A DNA stretch of 64,000 nt, taken from assembly GCA_965218295.1 (NCBI GenBank), contig CBDCKN010000003.1, positions 1 through 64,000 of the forward strand, written 5' to 3'. Each line of letters opens with the position of its first letter. The stretch's first letter is position 1. Made by a program: the position numbers and the translations under genes. The notes beneath the pieces were generated by a model. It was not told the origin of the DNA and made no database searches. It saw only the letters and a program-made list of their open reading frames with translations. Origin of the DNA: Longimicrobiales bacterium. GTDB lineage: Bacteria; Gemmatimonadota; Gemmatimonadetes; Longimicrobiales; Gaopeijiaceae. Positions 8,925 to 18,428 of this stretch are shown piece by piece.

Positions 8925-8956
8925 CTAGGACGTTGACTTCCTAGGATGTTGACTTC
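8925..8956. repeat. Tandem repeat, 2 x 16 bp (CTAGGAYGTTGACTTC), in a divergent promoter region
   Basis: Copies at 8925 and 8941, one mismatch, each containing TTGACT. Confidence 0.85.
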
Positions 8957-9005
8957 CGCTAGTTTGTTGGACCACGATTTTGTTCAACTCGTTGTGAGGC
9001 ATGTC

Positions 9006-11381
9006 ATGAGACGGTTTGGTTACAGCTTTTTGGTGATTCTGGCCACGCTAGCCATGGGTGCGCCGTCGGCTATGGCCCAGGGCCTGGGCCTGGGGTACGG
9101 CGGTGCGGTAGCGGTGAGCGGCGGTGACGTCCTGGTCGGTGTGGCGGGCAACGTCATCACGCCGGGGACCGTGTATCTGTACCGCCAAGGGGCGGACGGC
9201 TGGGTGGAGGCCGGACACCTTCAGGCCTCCGACGCCTTCTCAGGGGACGGCTTTGGTGCCGCCATCGCCGTGGACGGCTCTACCATGATGGTCAGTGCCA
9301 TCAATCAGAACGACGGTGCAGGAGCCGTCTACGTGTTCGAGCGATCGGGCTCCGGAGATTGGCAGGAGGTGGGCCGCCTGACGGCAGAAGATGTGGCCCC
9401 CGGCCCCAACTTCGGAGCGGCGCTCGCCTTGGGCGGCGGAGTGGCAGTGGTGGGTGCCCCGGGCCAGAGGGCCCGTAGCCGCCAGGTTCGGTACACGGCT
9501 CTGGGGACGGCTCACGTCTTCACGAACGCTGGTGGCGGCTGGACATCCCAGGGCACGATCGCGGCCGGCGACGGAGGCACGGAGTTCGGCACGAGTGTGG
9601 CGGTTCGAGGAGACGAGATCCTCGTGGGCGCTCCCGCCGCCGATCGTACGGGCGCAGTCTACGCGTTCCGCAACACCGGTGACGGGTGGGACCAGTCGGG
9701 GATGCTGGCCGCACAGGGAACCGGCCCCAACGACCGTTTCGGATCCTCGGTGACCGCGGTGGGCAACCAAGCGCTGATCTCCGCACCGGGCCGCCATCGG
9801 GGCCAGGGAGCCGTGTTCGCATTCCAGTACGATGCCTCGCAGGAAGAGTGGAGCCCCAGTGGTCATCTCGTCCCCTTCGACGGTTTCCGGCAGGACGGCT
9901 TCGGCTCGGCGGTGGCCATCACGGACGAGGAAGTCTGGATCGGGGCGCCGAGAGCCAGCGGCGGCCGGGGGGCCGTGTACGTTGTGTCGGGAAGCGTCGC
10001 CGACGGCTGGCACGCGGCCGCCAAGCTCGCAACTGGTGAGAAGGCGGATGACGCCTTCGCCAGCACCATTGCAATCGATGGCGACATCGCCGTGATCGGC
10101 GTCACCGGTGCCGACTTCGGAACCGGCACCGCCATCATCTACGAACGAGGCGCTGAGGGCTGGGAGAGGGCGGAATCGGTCATGGGCGAGCTCGAGGGCT
10201 TCGATGCCGTGAGCGGCGGGCAGGTCGACTGCACGTCCGGCGTGGCCTCCGCCTTCGACTGCCACGACTACGATCTGGTGTCCTTCATGCCGATCAAGGA
10301 CATGGCACCCCGGGGAGTCACCGTGAACGACGTCTGGGGTTGGACGGATCCGCAGACCAAACGCGAGTACGCCCTTGTGGGTCGCCGCGACGGATCCGCG
10401 TTCGTGGACATCAGCGACCCCCTCAATCCCCGTTACCTCGGCCAGCTCCTCCGGCCCGAGGGCTCGAATCCGAGCTCGTGGACCGACATCAAGGTCTACA
10501 AGGACCACGCCTTCATCGTGGCCGACGGCGCAGGACAGCACGGAGTTCAGGTGTTCGACCTGACCCAGCTCCGAGACGTCACGGAGCCCGTCACCTTCGA
10601 GGAGACTGCCCACTACGACGGCATCGCCAGCGCCCACAACATCGTCATCAACGAGGAGTCCGGCTTCGCCTACAGCGTGGGCAACCGGGGCGGGGGCGAG
10701 ACGTGCGGCGGTGGCCTCCACATCATCAACATCCAGGAGCCCCAGAGTCCCACGTTCGCTGGCTGCTTCGCCGACGTCGAGACCGGTCGGGCCAGCACGG
10801 GCTACACCCACGACGCACAGTGCGTCACGTACGCAGGACCGGATGAGGAACACGCCGGTAAGCAGATCTGCATAGGCGCCAACGAGACGGCCTTGAGCAT
10901 CGCCGACGTGACGGATCCGTCCAACACGGTGGCCCTCTCCCGGGCCAGCTATCCCAGCGTGGCCTACGCCCACCAGGGCTGGCTCACCGAGGATCACCGC
11001 TACTACTACATGAACGACGAGCTGGACGAGATCAACGGACAGCCCAGGACCCGGACCCTGGTGTGGGACGTTTCAGATCTGGACGACCCGCAGCTGGTGA
11101 GGGAGCACTTCGGCACCCAAGAGGCCACCGACCACAATCTGTACATTCGCGGCAACATCATGTACCAGTCCAACTACAGCAGCGGACTGCGCGTGCTCGA
11201 CGTCAGCGATCCCGAGAATCCCGTGGAGATCGGGTATTTCGACACCGTGCCGTACGGAGACAACTCGGCGGGTATGGGAGGCTCCTGGAGCAACTATCCC
11301 TACTTCGAGAGTGGTGTGGTGATCGTCACCAGCCGCAACGAGGGCCTGTTCGTCCTGAAGAAGAGGCAGCCGATCACCTGA
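9006..11381 (+). CDS. Secreted FG-GAP propeller plus choice-of-anchor B domain protein
   Basis: Signal peptide; about 7 FGxxVA...VGAP...GAVY repeats; NDVWGWTDP, HNIVINEESG, YTHDAQCV, HQGW, YQSNY, GSWSNYPYFESG. Confidence 0.9.
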   Translation: MRRFGYSFLVILATLAMGAPSAMAQGLGLGYGGAVAVSGGDVLVGVAGNVITPGTVYLYRQGADGWVEAGHLQASDAFSGDGFGAAIAVDGSTMMVSAINQNDGAGAVYVFERSGSGDWQEVGRLTAEDVAPGPNFGAALALGGGVAVVGAPGQRARSRQVRYTALGTAHVFTNAGGGWTSQGTIAAGDGGTEFGTSVAVRGDEILVGAPAADRTGAVYAFRNTGDGWDQSGMLAAQGTGPNDRFGSSVTAVGNQALISAPGRHRGQGAVFAFQYDASQEEWSPSGHLVPFDGFRQDGFGSAVAITDEEVWIGAPRASGGRGAVYVVSGSVADGWHAAAKLATGEKADDAFASTIAIDGDIAVIGVTGADFGTGTAIIYERGAEGWERAESVMGELEGFDAVSGGQVDCTSGVASAFDCHDYDLVSFMPIKDMAPRGVTVNDVWGWTDPQTKREYALVGRRDGSAFVDISDPLNPRYLGQLLRPEGSNPSSWTDIKVYKDHAFIVADGAGQHGVQVFDLTQLRDVTEPVTFEETAHYDGIASAHNIVINEESGFAYSVGNRGGGETCGGGLHIINIQEPQSPTFAGCFADVETGRASTGYTHDAQCVTYAGPDEEHAGKQICIGANETALSIADVTDPSNTVALSRASYPSVAYAHQGWLTEDHRYYYMNDELDEINGQPRTRTLVWDVSDLDDPQLVREHFGTQEATDHNLYIRGNIMYQSNYSSGLRVLDVSDPENPVEIGYFDTVPYGDNSAGMGGSWSNYPYFESGVVIVTSRNEGLFVLKKRQPIT

Positions 11382-11404
11382 GTCGACGGTTGGACAGAAG
11401 CACG

Positions 11405-13276
11405 ATGACGGATGTTTCTGTGACATTGGCCGGTCGCGGAGTGGCCCTTTGGGCCTTCGGCACCCTGGCGATCACGAGCTGTGTGAGCTATGGCCCCCCG
11501 GCCCCCGTGGCACCGACCGGGCTCACGGGGGGGAAAGAGCAGGAGTCGGGCGGCTTCGTGCGTGTGGTGGACGCCTTCCAGATCCTGGACGAGAATGGTC
11601 GGGCGTACGAATTACCCCTCCTGGGCGGCTTCAACGTGCCGCGTCCCCAGTTCGCCGACCTGGATGGGGACGGAGACCTGGATCTGTTCCTCCAGGAGCG
11701 CACAGGCGAGCTCATGCACTTCGAGAACGTGGGAACGGCGGCGGCGGCCCGCTTCGTATGGCGCACGGACCGGTATCAGGATCTGGAGATCGGCGAGTGG
11801 AGTCGATTCCTCGACTTCGACCGGGACGGCGACCTGGACCTGCTCGCCGAGCGGCCGTTCAGCTACGTACAGTACTTCCGGAACGAGGGCACTCCTGAGC
11901 GTGCCGCACTCCTTCCCGTGGGTGACTCGGCCCGCGACGTCGACGGCAAGCCCGTGTTCGCCGACCGCCAGAACATCCCGAGCCTCAACGACATCGACTG
12001 TGACGGGAGCTGGGATCTCTTCCTGGGGCGTGTGGACGGGACCATCAGCCGATACGAGACATCGACCACGTCGGCCGACGGTGCCCCCCTCTTCCGGTTC
12101 GTGGAGGACCGATTCCAGGGCATCGAGATCGTGGCTCAGATCGGCAGCCTCCACGGCGCCAACTCCATGGCCTTCGCAGACCTGGACGACGACGACGACC
12201 TCGACTTCTTCTGGGGTGATTTCTTCGAGCCCAGCCTCCTGTACCTCGAGAACACCGGATCCTGCAGTGACCCCGTCCTCCTTGGTGATCCCCTCCCCTT
12301 GGAGGTCGAAGATCCTCTTTCGACGAGCGGATACAACGTCGCCACACTGGTGGACATCGACGACGACGGCGACCTGGACCTCTTCGTCGGCGTATTGGGC
12401 GGGGCCTTCAACCCCAACCTGACCACGATCCGGAACTTCCTCTTCTACGAGCAGGTGGACCGCCGCTTCGTCCGACGCAGCGAGCGCTTCATCTACGCGC
12501 TGGACGTGGGGAGTGAGAGCATTCCGACGTTGGCGGATCTGGACGGGGACGGGGATCTGGACCTTCTCGTGTCCAACAAGCTCGACCCGAACGACACCCG
12601 CACCGCGCGGATGTACCGCTTTGAGAACGTGGGGTCGGCCCAGGCCCCGTCCTTCCGGGAGCGGGAGCGGATCGAGCTCTTCACCATGTACCACTACGCC
12701 CCGGCAATGGGCGACCTGGACGACGACGGCGATCTGGACATGCTGGTGGGCACCTGGAACAAGGGGGTGGCCCTCTATATGAACGAGGGCTCCCGCCAGG
12801 AGCCCAATTTCGTCCTGGCGGACACGACCCTCGTGAAGCTCACCCGTGGGAGCAACAGCACGCCGGCCCTCTCTGACGTGGACGGGGACGGCGACCTGGA
12901 TCTCTTCATCGGGGAGTCTTCGGGCGAGCTCAACTTCTACCGCAACGTGGGGACGCCACGAGCACCCTCCTTCGAGCTGGTGAGCGACAATTTCCTGGAG
13001 ATCGACGCCGGGCGTAGGAGCTTCCCTGCCTTCGCCGACATGGACGGGGATGGAGACGAAGATCTCCTCCTCGGCCGGGAGTCCGGTGGGGTGCTCCTGT
13101 ATCTTCGGGAGGGCGGGACTAGCGATCCAGTGTTCGTCCAGGACTCGACATTCACGCTTTCGCTTCCCAACTACTCGACGCCTTCGGTCGTGGACATCGA
13201 TGGGGACGGCGATCTCGACGTCTTCTCGGGGGGGCTCGCCGGCGGCGTGATCTTCCTGGAGAACCGGCGCCGGTAG
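11405..13276 (+). CDS. FG-GAP/VCBS repeat lipoprotein
   Basis: About 11 DxDGDGDLDL Ca-binding repeats; possible lipobox AITSC; ATG 11405. Confidence 0.9.
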   Translation: MTDVSVTLAGRGVALWAFGTLAITSCVSYGPPAPVAPTGLTGGKEQESGGFVRVVDAFQILDENGRAYELPLLGGFNVPRPQFADLDGDGDLDLFLQERTGELMHFENVGTAAAARFVWRTDRYQDLEIGEWSRFLDFDRDGDLDLLAERPFSYVQYFRNEGTPERAALLPVGDSARDVDGKPVFADRQNIPSLNDIDCDGSWDLFLGRVDGTISRYETSTTSADGAPLFRFVEDRFQGIEIVAQIGSLHGANSMAFADLDDDDDLDFFWGDFFEPSLLYLENTGSCSDPVLLGDPLPLEVEDPLSTSGYNVATLVDIDDDGDLDLFVGVLGGAFNPNLTTIRNFLFYEQVDRRFVRRSERFIYALDVGSESIPTLADLDGDGDLDLLVSNKLDPNDTRTARMYRFENVGSAQAPSFRERERIELFTMYHYAPAMGDLDDDGDLDMLVGTWNKGVALYMNEGSRQEPNFVLADTTLVKLTRGSNSTPALSDVDGDGDLDLFIGESSGELNFYRNVGTPRAPSFELVSDNFLEIDAGRRSFPAFADMDGDGDEDLLLGRESGGVLLYLREGGTSDPVFVQDSTFTLSLPNYSTPSVVDIDGDGDLDVFSGGLAGGVIFLENRRR

Positions 13277-13632
13277 CTCGGGAACCCGCTGGCGCTTCGG
13301 GGGCGATAGACGAGCAACCGCCAGCAACAGAAACCCGCCTAAACACTAGGCTTTCTGTTTTCCTTCAACCGCCAGCAACCGTCAGAAACTATGCGTGATG
13401 CCGAGGTTGGGCGATGGCTGGATGGGACTGACAGCGCATCGACCTCCCTCAGCCTAGCTGTCCACTGCCCACACCTTGAGCGCCGCTCATGTGGCGGCGG
13501 GTGAGGCCCTATGGTGCCAGCGCCTCCCCTCACGGCCTCATCGCGTGAACTCGTGCAGCAGGATCACACACATACTATTGCCGCTTATTTCGCAGGAGGC
13601 TGTGCCGAATCTCTCCCACCATCTTCCGTGCC

Positions 13633-13773
13633 TCAGGAGGCTACGAGGTCTTCGACGACGGCTTCAGGAGCGTGAACAGCCGCCCGGTGGGTCTCGCCCA
13701 GGCCCCCGACGGCTCGGTCTACGTGTCAGCCGACGCCGGAGGACGGATCTGGAGGATCATGTACCGCCGGTAG
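13633..13773 (+). pseudogene. C-terminal remnant of a sorbosone/PQQ-dependent sugar dehydrogenase
   Basis: Hand translation SGGYEVFDDGF...RPVGLAQAPDGSVYVSADAGGRIWRIMYRR*; no start codon or upstream homology seen. Confidence 0.8.
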
Positions 13774-13782
13774 GGCCGCCTA

Positions 13783-15198
13783 CTACAAGACGAAGCCGGC
13801 TCCCAGGAAGAGCACAAGCGCACCCGCCGCCGCCAGGACCGCGTAGGGGAGCTGCGTCCGAACGTGGTCGATATGGTCCGTGGCCGACGCCATGGAGGCC
13901 ACGATGGTGCTGTCCGAGATGGGCGAGGAGTGATCCCCGAAGATCCCCCCGCCGAGCGCCGCCGCCAACGTGAGGCCCAAGTGTAGGTCCAGGAGCTCCG
14001 CCATGGGTACGACGATGGGGATCATGATGGCAAAGGTCCCCCAGGACGTTCCGGTGGAGAATGCCATGATGCCCGCGATGACGAAGAGGATAGCCGGCAC
14101 GAAGCCGGGGTTCACGCTGGCCTGGGCGACCTGAGCCAGCCAGATGCCCGTCCCCAGTGCCTGCTGGGTTCCCGCGATGGAGAAAGCCAGGGCCAGGACG
14201 ATGACCACCGGGGTCAGCCCCTGGATGCCCTTGATGGTGTAGCTCGTCACCTCGCGAAACGTCATGATCCCTTGAAGCCGGTATATGAAGGCACCCAGAA
14301 GGATGCCCACGATGACGCCCCAGAGCACGGCGTCGGACCCGCTGCCGTTCAGGATCACGCCGTCACCTGTGAGCCAGAGCACGTATGGGACCGTCGCAAC
14401 CATGGCGATGATGGGGAGAAGCATGTTCACCGCCCGCTTCGGCACACCCTCCTTCGCCGCAAGCATGCTGACGTCGGACGACATCATGGGCTCGGCGCCG
14501 TCCCTCAGGAGCTTGCCCTCCTCCTGGATGCGGCGCTCGGCCTCACGCATGGGCCCTATGTTCCAGTCCGTGACCCCCACGAAGAAGACCAGGATGATGG
14601 CCAGGATCGCGTAGAAGTTGAGCGTCAGCGCCGAGATCAGGACGCGGTTGGACTCGGGAACGGACTGCGCCGCCAGGAGCGTGACTATGTAGGCGCCCCA
14701 GGCATTGATGGGGATGAGGAGCTGCTTGGGGGCGCAGGTGGCGTCCAGGATGTAGCTCAGCTTCTCACGGGAGACCTTGGCCCGGTCGAAGAGTGGCCTG
14801 GAGACGGCCCCAGCCACGAGGAGCCCGAAGTTCGACTCGAGGAAGAGGACCATGCTCGTCCCGATCCCGAAGAGGCGCACCGTGCGGCGGCTCTTCCCCA
14901 GCTGCCGCTCTTCGACCCAATTGATGAACCCTTCCATCCCCCCCGACGCCTGCGTCAGGGTGATGATTCCACCGATCAGGGCCGAGAAGAGCAGCGTGCG
15001 CGCGTTGCCCGGGCTCGTGATGGCGGCCAGGAAGGTGTTCACGCCCTCCACGAGCCCCAGGATGGGATTCCAGGAGTTCAGGATGGTCCAGCCCAGCCAT
15101 ACGAACAGGGCGAGGGAGATGTAGACCTCTCGGGTCTTGATAGCCAACGCGATGGCCACGACGGGTGGGAGGATCGAGAGCCATCCGATGGTCTCCAT
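13783..15198 (-). CDS. NhaC-family Na+/H+ antiporter-like transporter
   Basis: WLSILPPVVAI, SREKLSYILDAT, AFSTGTSWGTFAIM, GDHSSPISDSTI, HIDHVRTQLPY. Confidence 0.92.
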   Translation of the reverse strand: METIGWLSILPPVVAIALAIKTREVYISLALFVWLGWTILNSWNPILGLVEGVNTFLAAITSPGNARTLLFSALIGGIITLTQASGGMEGFINWVEERQLGKSRRTVRLFGIGTSMVLFLESNFGLLVAGAVSRPLFDRAKVSREKLSYILDATCAPKQLLIPINAWGAYIVTLLAAQSVPESNRVLISALTLNFYAILAIILVFFVGVTDWNIGPMREAERRIQEEGKLLRDGAEPMMSSDVSMLAAKEGVPKRAVNMLLPIIAMVATVPYVLWLTGDGVILNGSGSDAVLWGVIVGILLGAFIYRLQGIMTFREVTSYTIKGIQGLTPVVIVLALAFSIAGTQQALGTGIWLAQVAQASVNPGFVPAILFVIAGIMAFSTGTSWGTFAIMIPIVVPMAELLDLHLGLTLAAALGGGIFGDHSSPISDSTIVASMASATDHIDHVRTQLPYAVLAAAGALVLFLGAGFVL

Positions 15199-15204
15199 AT
15201 CGCC

Positions 15205-15564
15205 CTATTCGTCCTCGACGAGCCGAATCTCATCGGGACCGTTGGGAACGACGCACAGAAATTCGAACGCTTCGGGCCCGAGGGACTCGTACCAGTGCGG
15301 CACGCCCGCCGGGATGAAGAGGACGTCGTCCCGCTTCACCTCGATGACCTCGTCCCCGATCCCGATGCGGGCATGGCCCCGGAGCACGTACTGCTCGTGC
15401 TCCACGGTGTTCGTGTGCTTCGGCATGCCGCCACCCGACTCCATGATGAATCGGCGCATGGCGAAGTTGGGTCCCTCGTCGGGGCTGATGAGAACCTGCC
15501 GAACGGTGCCGGAGCCTGCCTCCACGGGCTCCGCCGGGACGTCGTCTGCGTGCTTGTGCTTCAT
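15205..15564 (-). CDS. Cupin domain protein
   Basis: GPNFAMRRF, PKHTNTVEHEQYVLRG, FIPAGVPHWY. Confidence 0.9.
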   Translation of the reverse strand: MKHKHADDVPAEPVEAGSGTVRQVLISPDEGPNFAMRRFIMESGGGMPKHTNTVEHEQYVLRGHARIGIGDEVIEVKRDDVLFIPAGVPHWYESLGPEAFEFLCVVPNGPDEIRLVEDE

Positions 15565-15599
15565 AGGGCCCTCCATGGGACCGTGTGTGCGCCCGGAGC

Positions 15600-15800
15600 C
15601 TACCTGGCTGGACCGGAATTCTGGTCCGATGCGTCCCACCAGACTCTGCCGTCCCAAGCGTCGTCTCCACCGTTGGCGGAGATGGCCGCCAAGACGTTGG
15701 TCTCGTTGAAGGTCTGCTCACTCCGCGGGTACGGCCAGCGCTGCGGCACCAGCGCGTTGACCGCATCGATGCCCGGAATGGCGTAGTCGATCACGCCACC
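15600..15800 (-). pseudogene. C-terminal remnant of a SusD/RagB-like lipoprotein
   Basis: VPQRWPYPRSEQTFNETNVLAAISANGGDDAWDGRVWWD matches the SusD-like terminal motif; rest of gene and SusC partner absent. Confidence 0.7.
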
Positions 15801-15937
15801 GCCGTCCCACTCGAACGAGTCCGTGAGGACCTTGTCGACCGTGGGCGGTACCGCCGAGTTGGAGCAAGGCAGCGAGTTCGGACCGGACCACCCGGGCACT
15901 TCGCCCGCATCCAATACGCGAGCACGGATCGCTACAT

Positions 15938-17272
15938 CTAGTTGCGCATGCGGGCCTGTACGGCCGGTCCGTTCTCCCAGTCCTGGACGCTGGAGATGTT
16001 CGGATAACCCCAGTTCAGGCCGTTCCAGCCGCTGAAACCCTCCATCCGGAAGGCCCAGAAGCCCGTCACCAGATCGGAGATCACGATCAGGCCGTCCGCG
16101 TTGCGCACGTCCACGCCCCAGGCGCCGTTCATGATTCCGCTGCCCTCATGCTCGAGGAAGGTGTCGTAGTGCGCGATCGTCTTGGGGTTCTTGGGGTCCT
16201 GGAGGCTGAAGACCTGTAGGCCATCCCAGTATCCGGACACGAAGACGAAGGGCCAGCGCACCTCGTGGTTGTGCACCAGATGCTCCCAGTTGGCCGTCCA
16301 CGCCGAGATGGGCTGGTTGATGTTCGCCACCTCACCGTCCAGGCCCGGCTGCAGGTCGAAGATACGTAGGGGCGCGTACCGGTACTCTGTCTCGGCCACG
16401 GCGTAGCGGCCGTCCGGCGACGGCGTGAAGGTGTGGCCGTACTCGACACCTTGGATGCCGGTGAGGCTCACCAGGAGCTCCGGGTTCTCCAGATCGGTCA
16501 CATTGTAGACGAAGTATCCGCCGGTGCCGCCACCGTAGAAGCGGTCCTGCTCGCTGTCGGCATGGTACCCCGTGTAGAAGTCGTGGTAGCTACGGGCGTC
16601 GGGAGTCGGGACGGGCACCCGAGCGACCAGCGCCTCTTCGCTACGGCCCTCAACTACGTATCCCAGATCGTACACGTGGGAGAAGGGCGTCGTGGTCGTC
16701 GTGAAGAGGAGCACCCTGCCGTTGCTGTGCTTGTAGACGAAGATATTGTGGAAGCCCCCCAGCTCTTGGGGGCCCTGGATGCGAGCCACTTCCCGGAACG
16801 TCGAGGCGTCCGGGAGTCCGGTCACGTCGAAGATGATGGCACCCAGGTCGTAGTCGGGCCCTCCCTGCCGGAACTGCGTGGAGAGGACCACGTAGTAGCG
16901 GTCGTTCCACTTGAACACCTTGATGTCCTTCCCCCCATCCCCCACGTGGAGCTCTGAGTTCTCGATCCTCCACTGTGCGATGACCTCGGGGTTCTTGGGA
17001 TCGCGGATGTCGATCACGTCGATGCCGCGCTCCATCCCGGAGATATCCCCGAACACCTGGCGGGCGAGGTACACGTAGGGACGGTCCATGTCCTGGGAGA
17101 TCTCGATGTCGGACACGCTCCCGGCCGCCCCCATGGGAAGGTGCGCAACCACTTCGATGTTGTCGCTCCCACGCACCTCCGCGTTCTCTTGCGCGGCGAG
17201 CGCGGAGCTCGTCGCGAAGAGGACCAGGCCCGCCAGCGTGGCGGCAAGCATCAATACTCTGTTCGTCTTCAT
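15938..17272 (-). CDS. Secreted LVIVD-repeat beta-propeller protein
   Basis: Signal peptide; DVIDIRDPKNP, HNIFVY, YHDFY, HTF, HNHEV, GAWGVDV. Confidence 0.85.
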   Translation of the reverse strand: MKTNRVLMLAATLAGLVLFATSSALAAQENAEVRGSDNIEVVAHLPMGAAGSVSDIEISQDMDRPYVYLARQVFGDISGMERGIDVIDIRDPKNPEVIAQWRIENSELHVGDGGKDIKVFKWNDRYYVVLSTQFRQGGPDYDLGAIIFDVTGLPDASTFREVARIQGPQELGGFHNIFVYKHSNGRVLLFTTTTTPFSHVYDLGYVVEGRSEEALVARVPVPTPDARSYHDFYTGYHADSEQDRFYGGGTGGYFVYNVTDLENPELLVSLTGIQGVEYGHTFTPSPDGRYAVAETEYRYAPLRIFDLQPGLDGEVANINQPISAWTANWEHLVHNHEVRWPFVFVSGYWDGLQVFSLQDPKNPKTIAHYDTFLEHEGSGIMNGAWGVDVRNADGLIVISDLVTGFWAFRMEGFSGWNGLNWGYPNISSVQDWENGPAVQARMRN

Positions 17273-17443
17273 GGTTCACCTCGTTGAATCGGCTTTCCCT
17301 CGACGGGATATACTCACTTCTTCATCAGTCTGTAAGCGACCTCCCGGTCGTCTACATGGCGGAGGGCGGGTGCCAGGGGGCATGTTACGACCTGACCTGC
17401 GAAAAAGACAACCGATCGACGCCCCGGAGTCCTGACCCGCTCG

Positions 17444-18247
17444 ATGTACGAACGCATCGTCTGCCTCACCGAGGAGACCACGGAAACCCTCTATATAATG
17501 GAGGAGGATTGGCGCATCGTCGGAATCTCCGGCTTCACCGTGCGCCCTCCCCGGGCCAGAAAGGAAAAGCCGAAGGTCTCTGCCTTCACCAGCGCCAAGA
17601 TCGACCAGATTCTGGATCTGGACCCCGACCTCGTCTTGGGCTTCTCCGACATCCAGGCCGACATCGCCGCCGATCTGATCCGCCGCGGGGTTGAGGTTCA
17701 CGTCTTCAATCACCGGAGCGTCCAGGACATCCTGCGCATGATCCGTACCCTCGGAGCCATGATTGGCTGCGACGAGAAGGGCGGGAGCCTCGCGGAGGAG
17801 CTCGACCAAGGGCTGGCCAAGGTCTGCGAGCGCGCGGAGGCCCTCCCCGCCCGTCCCCGGGTCTACTTCGAGGAGTGGTACGATCCCCTCATCTCTGGAA
17901 TCCGCTGGGTCTCCGAGTTGATCGAGCAGGCGGGGGGAGAGGACTGCTTCCCTGAGCTGGCCGCATCACCTCTGGCGAAGGGCCGGATCATCGCCGATCC
18001 CGAGGAGGTCGTCCGCCGCTCGCCGGACATCATCATCGGCTCCTGGTGCGGGCGGAAGTTCCGCAAGGAGAAGCTGGTGGCGCGGCCCGGATGGGCGGAC
18101 ATTCCCGCGGTGCGAACCGACGACGTCTATGAGATCAAATCCGCCCTCATCCTGCAGCCGGGACCGGCGGCCTTGACCGACGGCGTCGCCCGGATTCACG
18201 AGCTCATCGAAGGATGGGCGAAGCGACGGGAAGCGAGCGGGCCATAG
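17444..18247 (+). CDS. Cobalamin-binding (BtuF-like) helical-backbone substrate-binding protein, no signal peptide
   Basis: RIVCLTEETTETLY, PKVSAFTSAKI, VYFEEW, SWCGRKF, ILQPGPAALTDG. Confidence 0.85.
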   Translation: MYERIVCLTEETTETLYIMEEDWRIVGISGFTVRPPRARKEKPKVSAFTSAKIDQILDLDPDLVLGFSDIQADIAADLIRRGVEVHVFNHRSVQDILRMIRTLGAMIGCDEKGGSLAEELDQGLAKVCERAEALPARPRVYFEEWYDPLISGIRWVSELIEQAGGEDCFPELAASPLAKGRIIADPEEVVRRSPDIIIGSWCGRKFRKEKLVARPGWADIPAVRTDDVYEIKSALILQPGPAALTDGVARIHELIEGWAKRREASGP

Positions 18248-18428
18248 GAGGAAGCGTAGACGCGCCCACCGGGTCTCCCCTTCGCGAGCCTGATCTCGAC
18301 GTTCGGCCTCATCATCATGGCCGGCGCGTTCCTGTAACGGGACACTAGGCTGGCGGGACGAAGCGCCCTGCCCCCATCTTCGGCGGTCCGCCGCCCCTCG
18401 GCGACCACTGCCAACGACGGGATCCTGG

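Noticed and set aside
17273..17443. Cobalamin riboswitch upstream of the BtuF-like gene
   Set aside because: Could not find the B12-box or other conserved core elements by eye
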